From: Blautia sp.
Lineage (GTDB): Bacteria > Bacillota > Clostridia > Lachnospirales > Lachnospiraceae
Assembly (NCBI GenBank): GCA_051880075.1
Contig: JBJENG010000013.1
Coordinates: 7,176 to 71,175, forward strand
Direction: 5' to 3'
DNA: 64,000 bases
In this document: positions 58,250-64,000 of the stretch, one piece after another
How positions within the stretch are numbered: the stretch's first letter is position 1
Layout: every line of letters begins with the position of its first letter
Program-made: the position numbers and the translations under genes
Notes under the pieces: generated by a model
What the model saw: only the letters and a program-made list of their open reading frames with translations
What the model was told of the DNA's origin: nothing
Database searches by the model: none

Positions 58250-59305
58250 ATGAAAGTGGAACAACAGGAACCAAAACATCAGCGAAGGGTTCGATACAAA
58301 GGAACCCATCCAAGAACGTTTAAAGAAAAATATAAAGAACACCAGCCGGAGAAGTATGCAGATACCATAGAAAAAGTCATCCGAAAAGGAGGTACTCCAG
58401 CAGGGATGCATATTTCTATCTGTGTCAATGAAATTCTGGATTTTCTTCAGATTCAGCCAGGTCAGAAAGGTCTGGATGCCACCCTTGGGTACGGAGGACA
58501 TACTTCCAAAATGTTGGAATGTCTGAAAGGGGAGGGCCATATGTACGGACTGGACGTAGATCCTATTGAAATCCAGAAAACCCAAAAACGTCTGGAAGAC
58601 AAGGGATATGGTCCGGAGATTCTTACCATTCGACAGCTAAATTTTGCAGATGTGGATCAGCTTCTCCCAGAATCCGGTACCTTTGATTTTGCACTGGCTG
58701 ATCTGGGTGTTTCCTCTATGCAGATTGACAATCCGGAACGTGGATTCACTTATAAATTTGAAGGACCTCTGGATCTTCGCCTGAATCCGGAAAAAGGAAT
58801 TTCCGCAGCAGAACGTCTGAGGCATATTTCTCAGCCGGAACTGGAAGGGATGCTTCTGGAAAATTCTGATGAACCTTACGCCACAGAAATTTCAAAAACC
58901 ATTACTTCCATGATTCGCAAAGGCAATCCTATCTCTACTACTACTCAATTAAGAGAAGCAGTTGAAAAAGCCCTTGTGCGGGTACCGGAAAAAGAAAGAA
59001 AAGATGCAGTGAAAAAATCCTGTGCAAGAACGTTTCAGGCTTTGCGCATTGATGTGAATAATGAATTTGAAGTACTGGAGACATTCCTGGAAAAACTGCC
59101 TCAGGTTGTGAGCAGCGGCGGCCGGATTGCCATCCTGACCTTCCACTCCGGAGAAGACAGGCTGGTAAAAAAATCCTTCCAGCGTTTTTATAGGGAAGGG
59201 ATTTACCGCGAAATCGCAAAAGATGTGATCCGTCCTTCCGCAGAAGAATGTATCCGGAACAGCCGGGCCCGTTCAACCAAAATGCGGTGGGCTATTAAGG
59301 CATAA
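58250..59305 (+). CDS. RsmH-family 16S rRNA methyltransferase (paralogue with N-terminal extension)
   Basis: DATLGYGGH, ADLGVSSMQ, TFQALRI, TFHSGEDR, NSRARS. Confidence 0.88.
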   Translation: MKVEQQEPKHQRRVRYKGTHPRTFKEKYKEHQPEKYADTIEKVIRKGGTPAGMHISICVNEILDFLQIQPGQKGLDATLGYGGHTSKMLECLKGEGHMYGLDVDPIEIQKTQKRLEDKGYGPEILTIRQLNFADVDQLLPESGTFDFALADLGVSSMQIDNPERGFTYKFEGPLDLRLNPEKGISAAERLRHISQPELEGMLLENSDEPYATEISKTITSMIRKGNPISTTTQLREAVEKALVRVPEKERKDAVKKSCARTFQALRIDVNNEFEVLETFLEKLPQVVSSGGRIAILTFHSGEDRLVKKSFQRFYREGIYREIAKDVIRPSAEECIRNSRARSTKMRWAIKA

Positions 59306-59425
59306 TCACTGTATAGCCTGGAATAAGAGATAAAAATTGATCATACAGAAAACTTTAATTTTTTGCAAGACATATGGGAAATTTTGTTGTATAATAATGA
59401 AAAAAGAAGAAGGGGAAAAGAACCA

Positions 59426-59851
59426 ATGAAAAAGTTCATAAAAGAATTTAAAGAATTCATCAGCCGGGGCAATGTGATGGACATGGCAGTCGGTATTATT
59501 ATTGGCGGTGCTTTTACCAGCATTGTATCTTCACTGGTAGAAGACATCATCAATCCAATCCTTGGTCTCTTCGGAGGTATGAATTTCGACCAGCTTCACT
59601 GGAACATTCTCGGAGAAGTTACACTGAACTACGGAAAATTCCTGACTGCTGTCATCAATTTCCTGATTATGGCACTGATCATCTTTATTATGATGAAAAT
59701 TATGAACGGTGCAGCATCCAAACTGACACCAAAACAGGAAGAAGAACCGACTACAAAGACCTGCCCTTACTGCAAAAGCGAAATCAGCATTGAGGCAGTA
59801 AGATGTCCGCATTGCACTTCCATGCTGGAAGAAACCATTGAAACAAAATAA
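59426..59851 (+). CDS. mscL: Large-conductance mechanosensitive channel with C-terminal zinc ribbon
   Basis: EFKEFISRGNVMDMAVGIIIG; CPYC...CPHCTS. Confidence 0.93.
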   Translation: MKKFIKEFKEFISRGNVMDMAVGIIIGGAFTSIVSSLVEDIINPILGLFGGMNFDQLHWNILGEVTLNYGKFLTAVINFLIMALIIFIMMKIMNGAASKLTPKQEEEPTTKTCPYCKSEISIEAVRCPHCTSMLEETIETK

Positions 59852-59853
59852 AG

Positions 59854-59892
59854 AAAAGGGATGCTTCTTTCTTGGTAAGCATCCCTTTTTTC
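59854..59892. terminator. Bidirectional terminator
   Basis: aaaagggatgctt...aagcatccctttt. Confidence 0.75.
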
Positions 59893-59906
59893 ATACGATT
59901 CGCCAT

Positions 59907-60098
59907 TTACAGATAATTTTGCTGACATTTCACGCATTTCGAATCACGGTTACAATGGAAATTCAAAACAATATCATCCACCCTTGTGCAGGTTGCTTTT
60001 TTGTAAGTCACAGTGTGAATGACATCGCTGGCATCGGTCAGACATTTGGTTTGATAAGTTTTTGTATATTCTTCGGCTTCGTTTGATTCGCGGTGCAT
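59907..60098 (-). CDS. Small Cys-containing hypothetical protein
   Basis: RBS aggagg; converges on mscL terminator. Confidence 0.6.
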   Translation of the reverse strand: MHRESNEAEEYTKTYQTKCLTDASDVIHTVTYKKATCTRVDDIVLNFHCNRDSKCVKCQQNYL

Positions 60099-60262
60099 AA
60101 GAATCCTCCTGATCTTTTCTGTTTCCGACGTTTTTGTGTCGGAATGAGCATGTTCCTTTGCATATTATAGCGGACTTCTCAAAAAAAGAAAAGCCTGGAA
60201 AGAAAAAATGTAAAAAGCAGCAAAAAAATACTGTATTATAAAGAAAAAGAGAGGAATTTACT

Positions 60263-60799
60263 ATGATCTCACATGAAAAACTGGAAGCATTTATCTGTCA
60301 GTATCCCGTCTATCAATATGCCTTCTTCAAACCGGAGGATATTGAATTTTCTTACCGTGTCCGTTGGATCTGTGAACAGGAATGTCAGCGTTTTAACACG
60401 ACCTGGGCCTGTCCTCCTGCAGTCGGTACCGTAGACGAATGTAAAAAACGATGTCTGCAATACAAAGAATGTTTTCTTTTTTCTACCATTGCAGAAGTTT
60501 CCGATGTGATCAATTTTGAAGAGACCCTGAAAACAAGGAGAGCCCATGAAGAAATTACGGCGGCCATTGAAAATTTTATAAAAGAACAGGGGTCTGCATG
60601 TATGGCTCTTTCCACAGAGTCCTGTGACATCTGTCCGGAATGCGCTTATCCCAATGCACCTTGCCGCTTTCCGGAAAAGATGCATCCTTGTGTAGAAAGC
60701 CATGGAATCATCGTATGTGAACTGGCAGAAAAATTTAATATGGAATTCACCTTAAGTCCCAATGAAATTCTCTGGTTTGGAATCGTGTTTATCGCATAA
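60263..60799 (+). CDS. DUF2284 metal-binding protein
   Basis: WACPPAVG, CDICPEC, PCRFP, ESHGI. Confidence 0.85.
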   Translation: MISHEKLEAFICQYPVYQYAFFKPEDIEFSYRVRWICEQECQRFNTTWACPPAVGTVDECKKRCLQYKECFLFSTIAEVSDVINFEETLKTRRAHEEITAAIENFIKEQGSACMALSTESCDICPECAYPNAPCRFPEKMHPCVESHGIIVCELAEKFNMEFTLSPNEILWFGIVFIA

Positions 60800-60853
60800 A
60801 AAATTTTGACCGGCATATTCATATTAATGAGAAATTGCCCCGGAGGGGTTTTT

Positions 60854-61129
60854 ATGTCCGGAAAAACAGATACCCTTGCGGGCAGGATTGCTGAGTCTCT
60901 GCAGATTCCAAAGGATCTGGCCTACCGGGAGCCGATTCTTACAATGACAGGACAAAGAGAACTGTTTATTGAGAATTATAAATGTATCCGTCAATATCGG
61001 GATACCTGTATTGTAATTCTTATGAAACATAGCACAGTGAAAATAGAAGGAACCTGTCTGACCATTGAATACTATAACCGGGAAGAAATGAAAATAACCG
61101 GTCGAATCTGCAGTGTAACTTTCCTGTGA
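60854..61129 (+). CDS. yqfC: Sporulation protein YqfC/YabP family
   Basis: ELFIENYK...ITGRI; upstream of yqfD; sigma-E-like cATA...CATATTCAT. Confidence 0.85.
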   Translation: MSGKTDTLAGRIAESLQIPKDLAYREPILTMTGQRELFIENYKCIRQYRDTCIVILMKHSTVKIEGTCLTIEYYNREEMKITGRICSVTFL

Positions 61130-61151
61130 GCCAGAATCCGGAGGAAAACAG

Positions 61152-62387
61152 TTGAAATCTTGGAGATATTTTTTCAAAGGATATTTAAAGCTTTTTCTGA
61201 AAGGTACTCATCCGGAACGATTCCTGAATTTGTGCGCCCATCACCAGATTCCAATCTGGAATCTTTGCCAGCAGGGAGGCTGCTATGAACTGTATACCAC
61301 AATTTCCGGCTTTCATCGAATGAAGCCCATTTGTCAGAAAACCAAATCCAGAATCCGCATCATAAAAAAATACGGAATGCCCTTCTTTTTTTACAGAAAT
61401 AAAAAAAGAAAGGCATTTTTTGCAGGAATCTTTCTGGCAGGTACACTTCTTATCCTTTTATCCGGTCATATCTGGAATATTCATATTGAAGGAAATCTTT
61501 ACAACAGTACACCGGTGATTTTGGATTATCTGGAAGAAATCAACATTTATCATGGAATCCCCAAAAACCAGGTCGACTGTGCGTTCATTGCAGAGCAGCT
61601 GCGAAAAGAATTTCCTGATATGACCTGGGTCTCAGCCAGAATCTCCGGTTCCCGTCTGCTTCTTGAGATTCGGGAGAATCAGACTTACCAGAAACAGATG
61701 ATGCCGGATGCAAACACCTCCCCATGTAATCTGTATGCAAAAAAATCCGGCAGAATCCTTTCCATGATTACACGAAAGGGAATACCCCTGAAAAAACCAG
61801 GAGATACTTGTGAAAAAGGGGAACTTCTGGTCAGCGGTCAGATTCCTGTCACAAATGACAGCCAGGAAATCATCCGATATGAATATACCCAGGCAGATGC
61901 CGATATTTCTATTGCATATTCCATTGCATATTATCAGGAATTTCCCATGACTTTTCAGAAAGCAGTCTATACAGGAAAATATAAAACCGGTTATGTTCTG
62001 CAGGCAGGACCGTATTGCCTGTTATGGAAACGAACGCCCAAATGGAAACAGTTTGAAACGGTAACAACACTTCATCAGCTTCGACTTACAGAAAATTTTT
62101 CCCTTCCGTTTTTTTATGGAACAAGCACCGATTATGAAGCAAAGACCAGGACCTTCCGTTATTCACAAACAGGTGCAAAAAAGAAAGCGCAGCAGCACCT
62201 GCAGCTTCTTTTGGAAACTTTATCGGAAAAAGGGGTTCAAATATCTGCAAATCATGTTAGAATAGAACTAAATGAATCCTCCTGTACGGCAAAAGGAACC
62301 CTCACAATTGTAGAAAAAAACACTGCCGTAACACCGGTGGAAATTACGGAACAACCGACAGAAAGGAATAACAGCATAGATGAGTAA
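61152..62387 (+). CDS. yqfD: Sporulation protein YqfD
   Basis: ERFLNLC, IWNIHIEGN, GELLVSG; between yqfC and phoH. Confidence 0.88.
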   Translation: MKSWRYFFKGYLKLFLKGTHPERFLNLCAHHQIPIWNLCQQGGCYELYTTISGFHRMKPICQKTKSRIRIIKKYGMPFFFYRNKKRKAFFAGIFLAGTLLILLSGHIWNIHIEGNLYNSTPVILDYLEEINIYHGIPKNQVDCAFIAEQLRKEFPDMTWVSARISGSRLLLEIRENQTYQKQMMPDANTSPCNLYAKKSGRILSMITRKGIPLKKPGDTCEKGELLVSGQIPVTNDSQEIIRYEYTQADADISIAYSIAYYQEFPMTFQKAVYTGKYKTGYVLQAGPYCLLWKRTPKWKQFETVTTLHQLRLTENFSLPFFYGTSTDYEAKTRTFRYSQTGAKKKAQQHLQLLLETLSEKGVQISANHVRIELNESSCTAKGTLTIVEKNTAVTPVEITEQPTERNNSIDE

Positions 62388-63393
62388 CATAATCGAAAAG
62401 CGCCTGGATTTTCCGGCAGACCATGAAAAAAATGTATTCGGTCCGTTTGATGAATATGTAAAGAAAATCGAAAGGACTTTAAATGTGACAATTATTTCCA
62501 GAGATGGTCAGCTGAAAATACTGGGAAACGAGGTATCTTCAAAACAGGCAGAAGGAATTATCAAGCAGCTTCTGGCACTTTCCAAAAGAGGAAATACCAT
62601 TACCGAACAGAATGTGGATTATGCCCTTTCTCTTTCTTTTGAAGAAAAAGAAAATAATCTTGTAGAAATTGACCGGGACTGTATCTGTCATACCATCAAC
62701 GGACGTCCCATCAAGCCCAAAACCCTTGGTCAGAAAGAATATGTGGATGAAATCCGCAGAAAAATGGTAGTATTCGGAGTAGGACCGGCCGGAACCGGAA
62801 AAACCTATCTGGCCATTGCCATGGCTGTCACCGCATTCAAAAATGATGAGGTAGGAAAAATCATTCTGACCCGTCCGGCTATAGAAGCCGGTGAGAAGCT
62901 TGGATTTCTTCCCGGTGACCTTCAAAGTAAAGTAGACCCCTATCTTCGTCCTTTATATGATGCACTTTATCAGATTATGGGACCGGAAAGCTTTGCAAAA
63001 AATATGGAAAAAGGCCTGATTGAAGTAGCACCCCTTGCCTATATGAGGGGACGTACCCTTGATAATGCTTTTATTATCCTGGATGAAGCACAAAATACTA
63101 CCCCGGCTCAGATGAAAATGTTTCTTACACGAATCGGATTCGGATCAAAAGTAATCGTTACAGGGGACAAAACCCAGAAGGACCTTCCATCCGGTGTCCG
63201 GTCCGGCCTGGATGTTGCGATGCAGGTTCTGAAAAAAGTGGAAGGCATCGCATTCTGTCAGCTGACAAACAAAGACGTTGTGCGCCATCCACTGGTTCAG
63301 AAAATCGTGCAGGCTTATGACGAATATGAGAAAAAACAGAAACCGGAAAAAGAGATACAAAAAACCGGCCGCAGGGAACGCAGACGGCAGTAG
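62380..63393 (+). CDS. phoH: PhoH-family protein
   Basis: GPAGTGKTYLA, LGFLPGD, YMRGRT, LDEAQN. Confidence 0.95.
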   Translation: MSNIIEKRLDFPADHEKNVFGPFDEYVKKIERTLNVTIISRDGQLKILGNEVSSKQAEGIIKQLLALSKRGNTITEQNVDYALSLSFEEKENNLVEIDRDCICHTINGRPIKPKTLGQKEYVDEIRRKMVVFGVGPAGTGKTYLAIAMAVTAFKNDEVGKIILTRPAIEAGEKLGFLPGDLQSKVDPYLRPLYDALYQIMGPESFAKNMEKGLIEVAPLAYMRGRTLDNAFIILDEAQNTTPAQMKMFLTRIGFGSKVIVTGDKTQKDLPSGVRSGLDVAMQVLKKVEGIAFCQLTNKDVVRHPLVQKIVQAYDEYEKKQKPEKEIQKTGRRERRRQ

Positions 63394-63404
63394 GAGGAAA
63401 AAAC

Positions 63405-63899
63405 ATGACATTGAATCTGGATAAAGAATTTCCTGGAGAAATTTTTTTTGATTATGAAAAAACAGCAGAACGGGTAATCAATGCAGCGCTGGATTGGGAA
63501 GCGTGCCCTTATGAAGCAGAGGTAAGTCTTGTCCTTACCACAGACGAAGATATCCGCAGTGCCAATGCACAGTTTCGTAATATTGATCGTGTAACAGATG
63601 TCCTTTCTTTTCCTATGGTGGATTTTGAAACACCGGGAGATTTCTCAATTCTGGAAGATATGGAGAATGCGTTTGATCCGGATTCAGGAGAACTGGTACT
63701 GGGCGATATTATGATTGCAATCCCGCGGATGCGTGAACAGGCAGAAAGTTATGGACATGGAGAAATACGGGAGTATGCGTTTCTGATTGCACACAGTATG
63801 CTCCATCTGATGGGATATGACCATATGACAGAGGCAGAAGCCTCTGTTATGGAGGAAAAGCAGGAAGCGATTCTGGAACAACTTGGAATCAGACGCTGA
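63405..63899 (+). CDS. ybeY: rRNA maturation endoribonuclease YbeY
   Basis: TDVLSFP, LGDI, HSMLHLMGYDH. Confidence 0.95.
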   Translation: MTLNLDKEFPGEIFFDYEKTAERVINAALDWEACPYEAEVSLVLTTDEDIRSANAQFRNIDRVTDVLSFPMVDFETPGDFSILEDMENAFDPDSGELVLGDIMIAIPRMREQAESYGHGEIREYAFLIAHSMLHLMGYDHMTEAEASVMEEKQEAILEQLGIRR

Positions 63900-64000
63900 A
63901 TGCGTATACACTCCCCTATATATTCATTTGAATTGCGCTTTTATTTGAATAAAATGGAAAAGAAAGCCGATACTATTTCATGAACAGAAATAAAAAAGGA

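Overview
Lachnospiraceae-type (Blautia-like, inferred from gene content) chromosomal window in two parts. (1) About 1-13.8 kb is the right part of a prophage or phage-plasmid-like element. It carries the 3' end of a CW_7-repeat endolysin, an iteron/AT-rich origin-like region, a divergent PD-(D/E)xK-type gene with a C9 tract, then about 30 co-oriented early genes (RadC/JAB, DUF5688-like, HTH, ParB, SSB, two Lar-like proteins, MazG-like and many unknowns). These genes sit behind four related promoter cassettes, two of them a 79-bp near-identical repeat. No integrase is visible at the right junction. (2) About 13.9-64 kb is mostly core genome: aroA-tyrA, an EF-G paralogue, T-box-leuS, a GNAT plus GH27-rhodanese fusion, rqcH, yicC-remA-gmk-rpoZ-rimO-pgsA-cinA, spore-coat and S8 protease genes, Re-citrate synthase-gntR-icd, ABC-F, rex-nnr-alr-mazF, tlyC-yebC-tepA-uppP-ftsK, nfnAB, rlmH-rsmH-like, mscL and yqfC-yqfD-phoH-ybeY. 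The best candidate for an undescribed system is the repeated promoter/operator regulon of the early region with its small HTH gene. Associated with it are a candidate type I toxin-antitoxin pair and a 23-aa cationic amphipathic peptide missed by the ORF track. Family assignments are from motif recognition only; no searches were run.
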